From: Nemertoderma westbladi
Taxonomy: Eukaryota; Animalia; Xenacoelomorpha
Direction of reading: 5' to 3'
DNA: 35,598 nucleotides
Assembly: GCA_032718475.1 (NCBI GenBank)
Contig: JAUCBJ010005561.1
Coordinates: forward strand, 1-35,598
Shown: piece by piece, positions 10,883-23,310 of the stretch
How positions within the stretch are numbered: the stretch's first letter is position 1
Layout of the letters: each line of letters opens with the position of its first letter
The notes under the pieces: generated by a model
What the model saw: only the letters and a program-made list of their open reading frames with translations
Database searches by the model: none
What the model was told of the DNA's origin: nothing
Program-made: the position numbers and the translations under genes

Positions 10883-11666
10883 AAATTTTCCAGGTTACCT
10901 TGTTTCATATATATCGACCAGTCAAGGATGAGGCTGGGCTTGGATGCAGGATTTAATGCAATGTCACCAAACAGTGCTGCCATATTTACACAAAAGCTGA
11001 ACTTTAATAATTTGTAATAGGCGGTTCAAAGCATTGCCTAAACATGGCCTCTTTATGTTGATGTTGTATGAAATCTTAATAGAACTAGATGAAATTGGCG
11101 TTTAAAATCCTTACATTAAGGTTGGAACAATTTATTTAGCATCATATTGTGAAGGAAAACACAAACAGATTTATCTAATAACAAAAATTTAATCAGCAAT
11201 GGAATGTTTGTGGAAATGTCGGGACCAATATTCAACAAATTGGCTCGTTTCATTCTGTTTTCAATAAATTCTGATGTAGTAACAGTTTAAATGCGTCTTT
11301 CACAGTTGTTATTCCCACCATCAAAGCGAATCTCCAAGAGTGTTCCACAGCTCTCTACTGCAACTTCGTAGTGAGATCAAAGACTCCGTCATGGAAAAAA
11401 TTATGTAAAACAATATGTATCTGTAAATATATGTTGTGTTATATATTGTAAATGGTATAACAACATATAAATTGTACACGAAGTCTACTAGCCTCAACAC
11501 CAACCAATGTGTGGTTGGCCACCATATCCTTACCACACCCCCCTCCTCTCCCACCTAATTGGCCCTCACATATCGTGATGTCCAGGATTGTTCCCAGATA
11601 TATGGCGCAAAATGACCTTCAATAATTTATTTATAAATGTGAAACTATTGTTGGAATAGTGTTTAT

Positions 11667-12230
11667 CTAAAGGATGATGCATTTAGATTTATCATTAGTC
11701 CTTGATTGTAGGGTGGCTTCCGCAGCAGTCTGAAATACATTTTGAACTCCTTCTCTGGTTTTTGCCGAACATTCCAAATAAGCGACGGCGCCTATTGACT
11801 TTGCCAAGGCCTGGCCTTCCTTTAGTGTTACCGGTATCATTCCCTTTTCGCCAAAATTTTTCTTTGTGTTGTCATCGCAACGCAAATCCTTTTTATTACC
11901 AACAAGAATGATAGGAACTTCAGGTATATACTTTCTCACTTCAGGGGCCCACTTTTGCTTGATGTTTTCAAACGATGGCCTGGAAACTATTGAGAAACAC
12001 ATAATTATGACATCACTACAGGGGAAACATAAGGGACGCAGTCTATCATAGTCTTCCTGACCTTGGGTGTCAAACAAAGACAATTCTACAAGTTTGACAG
12101 CTTTGTACTTCTGGAATAACTCGATGTCATAATTATCTGTGAATTGATCTTTACGAAATGCAATAAGCAGCTTGGATTTACCACAGACGCCATCACCTAC
12201 AACAACCAGTTTCTTTTTTATTGGAGCCAT
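11667..12230 (-). CDS. Intronless divergent RhoA/Rho1-like small GTPase
   Basis: G1 GDGVCGKS, G3/switch II DTQGQEDYDRLRPL, G4 NKKD, Rho insert, G5 CSAK and CAAX CIIL. Colinear with RhoA; AATAAA just downstream on the minus strand. Confidence 0.92.
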   Translation of the reverse strand: MAPIKKKLVVVGDGVCGKSKLLIAFRKDQFTDNYDIELFQKYKAVKLVELSLFDTQGQEDYDRLRPLCFPCSDVIIMCFSIVSRPSFENIKQKWAPEVRKYIPEVPIILVGNKKDLRCDDNTKKNFGEKGMIPVTLKEGQALAKSIGAVAYLECSAKTREGVQNVFQTAAEATLQSRTNDKSKCIIL

Positions 12231-12451
12231 ATTATTTAGATACAGAATAGTTGTAATAAATAAATAATGTTATGGCTTCAGTAACGAGATACAATTAATT
12301 TAGTTAAATTCATATTAAAATGGTTTCGATATTTGTTTATGATTAAAGGTATTACTGATGTACACATATATTGCTCAGGGTATTTTTTATTTCTTATAAA
12401 CTGTATTTACTTTCTTGATAACATTACGTGCATAGTTGATTCCATTGGAAA

Positions 12452-12508
12452 TCCCTTTTCGCCAAAAATTTTCTTTGTGTTGTCATCGTATCGCAAATCC
12501 TTTTTATT
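12452..12508 (-). pseudogene. Duplicated fragment of the Rho gene (G4 box and insert helix)
   Basis: Matches 11841-11897; NKKDLRYDDNTKKIFGEKG versus NKKDLRCDDNTKKNFGEKG. Confidence 0.8.
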
Positions 12509-13340
12509 TGCGAATTGTCGGACTATTTGCAAATAATACATGGTTATCATTGTTGTTTGGGTTTAGACTGAGGAAGTTAAAGCAAGATTCTGTAATAATA
12601 TTAGGATGTAGGACGATTTTGTCGATATTAAGGGGTGAAATCAAATATTTGTTATGTAAAAAATGATACCACCAAATATTTGATATGTAAATTGTACTTC
12701 CCTTGGTATCCCAAGGGAAGTACAATGTAGAAATACGGTATAGTTATGATATACAGCTCACCTGGAATCAGGAAAATTCGTTCCTGGACAATTTCGTGTG
12801 GGAGTGTCGAAATTGTATCACTTTGTTCATTTATTAGAGCCTAATGACTCAAGAATACTTTGAGGACCTCGATAAAATCGTGGAGCATACCAGACATCAT
12901 ATTACCAGTTTTCTGTAGGATATATGTTACCTTAATGGTTTTCTTTCGGATTCGCGGTTTACAATTTTCTATAAGATAGATGTCCTAATACTACTATTAT
13001 ATCGGTGGATCCTACTGGGATCGCCCTATTGTTTGTGAACCGAAAATGGCATCTCCAAATTTTAAAGATTTGAAATTTCTTCTATTTGATGCGAGGCACC
13101 TGATAACTGAAATACAGGAACTGAAAATAAAGAAATAATAAAGTTTTGACAATTTTGCTTCCACAATTTTGTTTACACCCAAATTTCAAGGTGACACTTG
13201 ATGAGAGTCACTTGAAGGGAATATAATTTAAATTAATTTGAAAAGGTTTTAGAATAAAAATAATCCATGAACATTCAATGACTCTGAAATGTGCATTCCG
13301 TATTAATCAGTCTATCTATAGTGTTACGATATATGGAGTT

Positions 13341-13504
13341 TGACGAATGTATATGTGGGGCTGCGCATTAACAATGGAGTGACATGAGTTCCAGTATAGT
13401 GTATGTATATTATAAGTAGAGCAAACCAAGCATTAGGCCTAGACAGCTAGATGATAGGGCAGTACAGAATACAGAAGGCAGTATGATTACTGGAATACTA
13501 TGCA
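13341..13504 (-). repeat. 3' LTR
   Basis: Direct repeat of 17167-17333 with few differences. Confidence 0.92.
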
Positions 13505-13667
13505 TACTTACTTCCCGGTTTCCTAGGCTGCCAAGCAACGAAAAGCATTGTTAAGCAATGAAATAAACAAATGAGTTTGTGGCATGAACTAAGTAAACGG
13601 TTACATAATTCGTATTATTGGGTCATGTAAAATGGAGTTGCGTTTGGGTATGAATTGTCTACGTGTA

Positions 13668-16600
13668 TTATTTCGGGAAACCATAGTATTGAGGGGGTCG
13701 GAATGTGCGTCCGGGACAAGTGGCTGGTTTCGGCGGTTGGATCGGGGTCTCGGGGGTTGGGGAAGCGATCTCGGCCCAGGTCGGGGGTACTTCCGGGGGC
13801 GGAGTCCCTGGTTCCGGTACATTTAGGGGCGCGGTGGGCGGACTCGGAGTCGGTGTGGTGGCCCCTCCTTCCGAGGTGGTGCGGGGTCGGAGCATGACTC
13901 GGTTACGTCGGAGTACGCTGCCACTCTCCTGGCGGACCATGTAGTCGTGGTTCGGGAGCGCTTCGACGACTACGCCTTGGCCCGTCCAATGCTTGGTGAT
14001 GGTATTCTGGATGAGGATGGGTGTCCCTATGGATATAACACGGAGGGGCCGAGTGCAGAGGTCGTAGGCCTGCGTTTGGATTTTTCGGCGACCTCGTCCA
14101 GTTGCTGGAAGCTCCTCCTCCATTTGGGGTCGAATGAGGAGGAATGTACCGGCAGGGCTTCCCGTATGTTGCGCCCATACAGTAGTTCAGCAGGCGAGCG
14201 CCCACCATATCACGGCGTATTCCGAAACGCGAGTATACCTTGATTCATGGTTCATAGGTTCATGATGATGGCAGCCGAAGTTGTATCGGAACCAAGTCGG
14301 AACAAAGTGGGCCAACCGGTGTATTCGTCGATAGCAACCATGTAGTTCGTGCTTTCCGCCACGAATAGGTCGGCGCGGACCCTTTGGAAAGGCCGAGTGG
14401 CCTCGGGGTGCCGTTGGAGGGGTTCCGGTGCTTGGGACGGTAGTGACGACTGACAGGATTGGCAGCTCTCGATGGCGACCGCAATGTTGTTCGAAATGGT
14501 CGGCCACCAGACCGACCGACTTGCGCACTCACGGGTCTTGTTGAGGCCCTGGTGGGCGGCGTGGAGTAGTCGGAGGGTGTTTGAACGGAGTTCCTTCAGG
14601 ATATAGATCCGCGGCCCATGGAGGATGACGCCGTTGTGTATCATGAGGTCCGTGCGGTGCTGGAAGTAGGGTTGCAGGTCATCGTTGGTAATGTTATGAT
14701 GTGACGTTGGCCAGCTGTCCCGGATCGTGGCGAGGAGAGCCGAGTAGATCGGGTCGATGGCGCCGGCAGCTCGGATTTCGTCAAGTCGGGCGTCGCGGGC
14801 GTCGAGTCTCTGCGCTGTCTCAGCGAGAGCCGCCGAGACGATGAACTCGCGGTCGTTGTTGTCGTCGGCCGCGAGGACGAGGTCGTCCGGAGTGGGTTTA
14901 TTTCGCGGCGAGCCGCGAGTCGTATTTTGAGACCTGGTCGAGCCGTCTATCATTCAGGATGGGTATGAGGGAGCTACAGTCTGTGACGAGGTCGAAGTGG
15001 TTTAGCCCATCCAGGAAGTAGCGGTAGTTGTGTGCCGCCCAGGCCGCTCCGAGGGCCTCCAGTTCGGCCATCCCGGACCAGTTAGCCTCGTGTTTGGCGA
15101 GGGTCCGAGAGCCGCACTGGATGGTCAGCCAGCGGTTTGGAGTCGGCTCGCATTGGCGTAGGAGGAATCCATGGCCATTGAGTCGAGAGGCGTCTGTCAG
15201 CAGTTCGGTTTTCCTGTCGGGGTGGAAGCCGGAGAGGTAGAGTGGGCTGGACAGCTCTGATCGGGTGGACTCGAAGGCGGTCTGGTGTTGCGGCAGCCAA
15301 ACCCAGGTGGTGCGGTCCGTATTGAGGCTGCGCAGTGGCTCGACGAGTTGGGAAATCTCCGGAGTCGAGTTTCCCAACTGTTGTGCGAGGCTGAGGAAGG
15401 ACCGAAGTTCGCGACGGTTGGTTGGAGTTACGGAGGTCATCAGTGAGGGATGGGTCGATCCGGTAGTTGCCGTGACTGACGAGGTAGCCTCCGAAGTGGA
15501 CTTCGGGGCAGCAGTATTGGACCTTGTCCGTGTTTATAGATATGTTGGCGGCGTCGCAGGCAGCTAGAACGCGAGCGACTGCTTCCGGGTGTTGTTCGAC
15601 TGTCTCCGGGTGGATGATGACATCCTCCACGATCCATCCGATGTCGGGAATCCCATGGAGTGCTCGGGCCATCCTCGCGTTGAACACATCCGAGCTTCCG
15701 TGCCACCCCATGGGCATCCGCCGGTAGCGGAAACGGCCACGTGGGGTGGTGAAGGTAGTGAGGCGGCGGCTGGCAAGGTCAAGAACCACCTGGTGGAAGC
15801 CCTTCAGGCCATCGAGGATGGTTAAGTACCGGGCCGAGGTTGGGATTTTGGAAACAATGTGGAATGGGGAGTCGGAGAAGTAGATCGGGCGAACCGTAGC
15901 TTTATTAAGTTCTTTATTATTGGTTCGTCATTGTTTCGCCGTCGGGTGGCGGAGGCTCTCGAGGCGACCACCAAACGCCCTGAAGATTTGCCATGGGATA
16001 GTGGACACATTAGCTCCAGAATCGGGCAGGAATTGGAGTTCGGGGATTTCGTGTGAGGGGTTCTTGGTGACCTGAAATCTGATGGTCACTGTCTCTAGGG
16101 ATTTGAGTCTCTCGGTGGCGGAGACGGCTGGGATGGCTCCAAAGTCGAGTCCCTCCAGGATTGTCGACCATATTTGGGCGTGACTGGTGGACTCTGGGGC
16201 ATTCCGGGCATTGTCTGGTACCCAATCGTTTGAGTTTGTCTTTGGGTTGTGAGTGGGGTGGTTGCGGCACATGCGGTCATAGTGGCCGACCAGGTTGCAG
16301 TGCCGGCAGTGCGCCGCAGCACCTGGGCAACGTTTGCCTGCCAGGTGAGGGGGGTATCCACATTGCGGGCACTTCGAGTTCGACCATTCCTTGGGCGGTG
16401 GCTGCGTGCGTCGCGGTGTCGCTCCGATGCGACTGCAGAAGGAATGGGCGAGGGGTGGGCAAGGGATGCCGCGTCTTTGCGGGCTGCCCAGATGGCTTGT
16501 GCTAGTCGGAGTGCATCGCCAAGGGTGGAGTCATTAGGAAGCCGAAGAAGTTGCTCGGTAACCTCCTTATCGACGAATCCGGACGTGAATTGGTCCAGGA

Positions 16601-17098
16601 GGCAGTCCTCCGTGTGGGATTCCTTGGTTGCGAGAGGGGCAAAGTCGCACTTGGTAGCTATATCGCGTAGAGTGACGAGGAACGATTCCGGACTCTCTTC
16701 CGGAAGACGGTGACATCGGGCCAGCTGTTGACAGTAAACGCGTTTGTTGGTTCCGCCGTCAATGTGCTGACCCAACTGGTTAATCACGGTCTCCGAGTTC
16801 GCGTTTCCGCTGCGGTAAGGGCGAGCCCCTTGACGACGGCGTTAGTCACGCGAGAGAACGCTGTTGTGAGGGCAGCGCGGCGTAGACGGAGAGTGGATTG
16901 GTTGAGGTCTTCGGTTACAACGGCGACTGGAGGTGTAGCCGGGTCGGACACGTACAGGTTGAGAAGACCCGAGGTGGCGAGGAAGGCGTCCCATTCATCT
17001 TTCCATAGTTCCCAAGTTGTCCTTTTGGATTCGATGTAAAATGCGGGTGGGGAGCTGCGCAGGACAAAGATGTGGGGGTTGCATGGGTCCGTTGCCAT
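13668..17098 (-). pseudogene. Frameshifted and internally deleted gag-pol
   Basis: Zn knuckles CPQCGYPPHLAGKRC and CRHCNLVGHYDRMC (~16261-16375); protease FLPDSGA; RT LDGLKGFHQ/RMPMG/IVEDV; RNase H TDAS..ELEALG..VTD; integrase HAAHQG..CQSC and PFQRVRADLF. Split over several frames. Confidence 0.9.
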
Positions 17099-17166
17099 GT
17101 CGGGTGTGGTAGTTAAATGGACGTCGGTGGGTCCGGATTATCCGCATGTTCAGAAACGCTGCGCAA

Positions 17167-17333
17167 TGACGAATGTATATGTGGGGCTGCGCATTAACAA
17201 TGGAGTGACATGAGTTCAAGTATAGTGTAGGTATATTATAAGTTATATATTAAACCAAGCATTAGGCCTAGACAGCTAGATGATAGGGCAGTACAGAATA
17301 CAGAAGGCAGTATGATTACTGGAATACTATGCA
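17167..17333 (-). repeat. 5' LTR
   Basis: Direct repeat of 13341-13504. Confidence 0.92.
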
Positions 17334-18729
17334 GCGTTGTGCCCAAAACAGCCCATTATACTATACAGTATAAAATATAATAAATTAGATAAGTTTATAT
17401 CAATACGTAATTGTAGTATAATTAGATAAGGTAAATAAAATCTACAAATTTGGTTTATATTCATTTCATTTTATACAGTATGTAGAATTAAGTACGTACA
17501 GTATATTTTATTATAAAACCGCAGTGTAATTAATTACGGTGGCAAAAACCTATAAATCTAGGTACATATTTGCCGTTATACAATATCTACTAAATCTACT
17601 TAATAATTGTGCTAAATTCGCTTGTATTTCTGTATTAATCAATAATTCTGCTTAATTTACGTTAAAAATACGCTTTTAATAATTGCCAAATTAAGTTAGG
17701 TTATTTTCGAGCCCAGCTGATGATCGTATGAGCATGTGATAATATGTAAGATTGCGTAATTATTGGCCGCCATATTTGCGTCATTATTGGCTGCCATCTT
17801 TAATTTCCATTAAATTCGAGTTTTACCGTACCGGAACCTTACTGCTTTTCTGCTTGAAAATGTGACTTTGATAATTGATTACTGCTAATGATTTGTGATT
17901 ATTCTGATTTCATTAAAACTGCTAAAATGTGATAATTATTTCTGCACTTTGCTTCTCTACTCTAACTTTCAGACTGTTGCATGTTATTTATGCGCGGTAA
18001 CAGATAACTTTAGCATGTTGGGTAAAGGAGACAGAGCGGGCGCACAACCAGTAAGGGCGACGGAAGAGCGAAGGATCCAATGCGCGGTAGTGCTGGTGAA
18101 GTGAATGACTGTTAGGGTGGGTTGGTTGAAGTTGGATGACCGAGGACTGGTTAACCCAATGTAGCGAGGGCAGGGCAATCCAGATCCTGTCTCTTTTATT
18201 TAATTTGTTCTGGGGGGGGGGGGGGGGGGGGGGAATTCATTTTAAGCCTAGGTGACCTGGGTTTGCTATGCTATGCGACACGCTAATTTGGTATGCTAAG
18301 TGATACGCCAATGTGGCTAAGTGACACGTTAATTTGGTATGCTAATTGGTACGCTAATGCGTTACGGTAGGCTTGATTGTTGTATTGTTGAGCGAATGTT
18401 TGGCTATTTTTTTGTTTGTTTTTTTAGTTTGGCTTTTCTAAATAAATGCTTGCTTGAATTACAGTTAGGGTGAATAATACAGTATTTAGGCTAACTCTAG
18501 TGTAACCCAGTAGCGTTACTAGTTAGTGTTTCAATTCTGGAATATATTAATTTAGGTAGTTGGCAATCATGTACATGTTTAAATAAATGTAGTTCCTACC
18601 AGTATTTAGGGTGAATAAAATTTGTACACAGCATAGCGGAGAGTAGTTTAGTTATTTACGTTTAGGAAATATTTAAACTTATCTACCCTAGGCAGTTATC
18701 TAAAAAGAGTGGGTTCGCCAGTTCTACAA

Positions 18730-19140
18730 TTAGTTGCAAGTGTCACAAGCAGTAAAATTGCTGATTACATTCAGCTCCAGGCGCGCATAACAGTATTTTG
18801 GTCCTAACTCGATATACTTGTCCGTTTGTAAAAAATTAAATATTCTCCGAACCAATACCTGATTGCCCAGTGAATTGCCCCTTTCTCTGCGAATGGTGAA
18901 CAGACTGAGTGCTAAGTCACCTGCATTCGTTTTCATAGCCTAGTAAGCCAGAACTGGAGTCATGTTTTGGTTGATTTTGATTTGGCTTGTTTTTGCTTGA
19001 TTAGCTTGATATGTGATAGCTTGATTAAACCCATGTTTTGTTAGAAAACACAAACATATCAAAAGAATGAATACTGAGGTATTATCTTTACATATACCTA
19101 GTCTAATGTGGCCAAGAGTATCCAAGCATTACTCAAATGT
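18730..19140 (-). mobile_element. Possible decayed non-LTR retrotransposon C-terminal fragment
   Basis: Broken ORFs ending in a Cys-containing motif that recalls the LINE C-terminal zinc finger; weak. Confidence 0.25.
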
Positions 19141-20949
19141 GGGTTGTCTGAGTTAACGAAAGCAGTTGCGATATGATAACTTGCAGAGCCCGAAGGGCAA
19201 TCTCGTGCCTCTACGCTGAATGCTTTCTAGTAGATAGTTTAACCAACTTTTCTAACAGCGCTTTACAGCAATACATATGCGACTACGTCGCCACTAGTTC
19301 CGGTATCATTGTTAGAATTTTGTCGAATCACGCACTCATCTTCAGACCCCCATGATGAGCGAGAACACCAACCGTTGGTCGATTCCTCCTTGACTGTACA
19401 CATCTGATACGGCCCATACAGACAGATACAATGTCATTATCCTCTTGCCTGAATCCGCCACGTCATAGTCATAATATCTATGTAGGCCTATACGTAAATC
19501 ATTTTCTTCCTTTGTGAGTACCATTGTAGTAGGCTGAATGGGACATTCTCAAGGGCGTTCCGGCTCGCGGCTCAAAGGTACTCGCATTCACCGTATTTGT
19601 TCATCCTTGCCATTGCCATTGTTCCGTGTACCTCCTTGTGCCTTGCCGTTGTCCCGTTTACTCTCTGTTCGCCGTATAAATAAGCAAGTATTCAGTGCTG
19701 CGTGCTTGTATGGTTACTGCTGCACTGTACTGCTGTACTACAGTACTAATGTAGCAGTCCCTGCAGTAACAAACTGCCTAATTTATACAAAGATAGAATT
19801 TGGTATCTGAATGTTGATATCAATGGGATCCCGAGGCTAATAGTGACGACCAATCACAGATCGTTTTCAAATTTTGAATAATTTTTAAACTGAAAACACC
19901 AATAATATCTCCTCTATTTTGGCATCTTATTGAATTCTGTAAACGCCATTGTGGTCTGTGATATCATCTAATTAATCTAAATTAAATAAACCTAAACCTA
20001 AATTAATGCACCTAATTAATCTGGTTTTGAATTTGAGTCATGAACCCCATTGCCGTGGTATTTCTATATTGACATTAGCAAAGATTTGCGATCTGATGAT
20101 CGGTAGACGGCTAGTAGCAATTAGTGCAATCGGTGCAATTAGGAAAAAGTTTCAGACTGGGAGTGAAATAGAGCCGCGGTTATATAGAGCAAAGTCTATC
20201 ACCTCGTTTAATTATCGATTTGGCCATATATGTGAAACTGAAACTATGTTAGTTTTGTAGATTTCAGTAAGGCGTACAACCATGTCCCTTGTACGAAGGG
20301 TTTGTCTTTTTGCCGTATGTGTACGTATTTGAAAGAGTTCCCGTAGCCTACCATAGGCTACCGTATGTGGGACGTATTTGCCCGTATTCAGGAAGCAGAA
20401 TCAGTGCACTGCTTACCGCTAACGGTAGTGTACCTGGCAACCTGGCCTGTTTTAAGTGTTTTTATACTACCTGTTCTATGCTCCCGGTACCAGGGGTTTG
20501 GAAATTCTCTGCGAGCTTTTTTTTCAAGGATATTTTTTATTATTTATCATTATTATGATATAATGATAATAATTATTATGAAATGATGATAATAATTATT
20601 TTGAAATATAATGATAATAATTATTATGAAATAATCATAATAATTATTATACTGTTTTTTGATGGCTGAAAGTTTAATTGCCCAGGCTAGTATAACACGA
20701 AGTGGGGCCTTCGCGCAGCACGTGACTTGAACTTATGTTAAGTGTCAACTCGAAAGAAATATTTGCAAAATGTAAACATGTCCCCTAGTCACAATAACAC
20801 ATAGAGGCTGACTGAGTAATTACAATCGATTTAAAACTTCACAAAAACTCAGTCTGATGTCTAGAATATATATAAATGTAATAAGAGGTCTAGATTATAT
20901 GTAAATGTAAAAGTAAAAAAGCAGGCCTACATTTAGGCCTACACTATTA

Positions 20950-21195
20950 AACCAGGGATTACGCACAAAGTCTGGCGACTTATTTCCAGTGCGGTCTCCC
21001 AGAACTATACTCCTCAGAGTAAACTCTAGTACTCATTTAGCTACCACTTAAGGATGCAAGGCAGAGATGCGCCCTGGCTAGTCCCTTTAAAATCATTCGT
21101 GCCGAAACAAAAACTGCCCTGGCCCTTGCGTGGATTGTACCCACGACCTACTACAGGATGTGAATTCTATGCAACCACTACACCTAGGTGTGACC
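20950..21195 (-). mobile_element. tRNA-derived SINE
   Basis: Minus strand A-box TAGGTGTAGTGG (21186-21175) and B-box-like GGGTACAATCC (21142-21132), followed by GCCTTGCATCCTTAAGTGGTAGCTAAATGAGTAC, which resembles a conserved SINE central domain. Confidence 0.55.
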
Positions 21196-21874
21196 TATGT
21201 GCCAGGTATCAGGAAAATGAATATAAACAATAATAAGAAAGGGCTGACGTTTTAATTTCACACATATCTAAAATGTTTAATTTCAGTCCACTAGCGGTAG
21301 CCTGGAGAACTGCCGAGAGAATACCATCCCAACAAAGATGCTACCTATGTATGGTCTACGGTCTAGCATGTCTGCCAAGTATCAGCTTGAATGGATACAA
21401 AATAACCAAATGAGAGAAAGTTTTCACTTTCAGACATTTCAACCTCTAGCGGCAAACTGGAGAACTGAGAACCGATCAAATTCTTCACACAGACGAACCA
21501 TGTGGTCTGGTACATATTTGCCAAGATTCAACTTTAAACAGATTAAGATCAAAGGAACTGGAAGGTTAATACTTTCATACATTTCGCCCTCTAGCGACTT
21601 AACTGGAAAACTGCAGACTGACCGATTACAGAGACCACGAAGATACAGGATGTGTTCAAGCATATATCTGACAACTTTCAGCTTGTATGGATCATAAATA
21701 ACAGAATGGGTCAATAATTTCACTTTCAGGCATTTCGCTCTGTAGTGGAAGACAAGATAACTATAGACTGGTTAGCCCCCTTTGAATGCCACAGGTAATG
21801 GTTAGTACATATCTGCCAAGTTTTAGCTTAAACGGATTAGAAATTGGTGGACATTCAATGTTTAGACATGTTGG

Positions 21875-23310
21875 ACACGTTCGTGGGGCCTTCGCGCAGC
21901 ACGAGGCCCAGTTATGAGATACAAATTAAAATTGTGCGACTGTATCACAAAATCAGGTTATGAGAGATTAAGCCACACCACCAATTAATCAAAGAAAGGG
22001 GGACAGTACGTGTTCACTGCTTTTAATCTCTTGCGTTCGACCTGTTTTGTATTAAAATATATTTATTAAACGCAGGCTGACGCTTTCAATCTTTACTGCC
22101 GCGCAAACCCCGCAGAGGAAGTTTTGGTTTGAGAGATCAAGCCCATCGGCAATTGGTGTTTCAATTTCGGTCCAGAAACTCTGACAATGGGAGCATTCAA
22201 ACTTAGCTGTGGTCCATTCCCGTGGTTTCGGCTTCCTTTTCTTCGTCCCAATGACAGATTCTTCTGAAGACGTTCGATTCGCTTTCAGTTTATTGTTGGC
22301 GTTTGTGTTTTGAAGTTGTATTCGAGTGGACAGTCGCGCCGGTTTCGAGGTAACCATACCGACCTGTGATAAGCGTTGGTTTTGTTGAGTGCCGGTATTC
22401 ATCTTCTCTCACCTCTTCAATGTCAGATGTTGCAAATACTGATAACACGAATAACGGTATAGGCTATATTTCAATACTTGTCAATAGTAATATAGATAAT
22501 TTAGATAACTATTTTATATCTGTACTGTTGAGCAAACTCTACATAAATCCCAACCTGTGTATCGCAGTATCGCCGGTAGGGCTGTTGCTGTGCAAGCAAG
22601 TGCCAGAGTGCTGAAGTGCTAGTTGCCACCGGTCAACCGGTACCGGTAGTAGGGTGGTATCTACGGTGCGCACTGCAACGGCAGTACAGCAATACGGTGT
22701 ACCGTGCCAATGACTGAATGATTAGCGGTAACTATTTAAACTATTATATTATTATTACCGGTACTGGGCTAATTAGGCCTATACTATAATCACCGCAAGG
22801 GTTGCCGGCGCCGGGGCCATGTTTAACAGTTTAATTAGATTACATGATATGGCATGTCTGCAGTGTATGGTACTGGCTGACCAGTATTGCAGTATTGACT
22901 GATTACAGAATTCTCGATTCAGGGATTGAGTACAGCCTGACAGTACCGGTACACATGGTACATGCAGATTGGCAGACAGCCCCAATCTGCCAATGTATTG
23001 CAAAATTTAAACCCAGCTGATTTATCCTACAGTAATAATAATTTAACGCATTTTAAATTTGGATAATAAATTTATTATAACTGCAATAACAGTTACACTG
23101 ATGCTGCACGAAGGCCCCACGCAAATTCTACTTGGAAAATTTTCAAACTTTTGCCAAACAACATGTGTACCAAGTTTGGATAGATTTCATCAAGGATTGG
23201 CCGAGTTATTAACGTTTAAAATAAAATACTGAAAAAAAACGCGACAGAACGACAGGTTGATTATTGGTACCCCTACGCTAAGGCTCACTCACTTCGTGGC
23301 TCGCCCCACA
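21875..23310 (+). mobile_element. HINE-like element (inner, nested)
   Basis: Start ACACGTTCGTGGGGCCTTCGCGCAGCACGAGG; end CTTCGTGGCTCGCCCCACA. Confidence 0.55.
22052..22402 (-). pseudogene. 116-aa ORF with a partial PHD-like zinc finger, probably a LINE ORF1 5' fragment
   Basis: FECSHCQSFW...FLCGVC after a basic low-complexity region. Confidence 0.4.

Larger units (their letters stand above)
13341..17333 (-). mobile_element. Decayed Ty3/gypsy LTR retrotransposon, Mag-like
   Basis: Short TG...CA LTRs, 5-bp TSD GAGTT/GCGTT, PBS-like TTGCGCAGCG next to the 5' LTR, and gag-PR-RT-RH-IN order. Confidence 0.93.

Noticed and set aside
12750-12830. F-box-like peptide STLPHEIVQERIF on the minus strand
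   Set aside because: Too short and not within a sustained ORF; could be chance.
13601-17219. Many overlapping plus-strand and alternative-frame ORFs
   Set aside because: Shadow ORFs of the GC-rich gag-pol region.
21130-21195. tRNA gene
   Set aside because: Degenerate B-box, no complete cloverleaf, and it continues into a SINE-like body.
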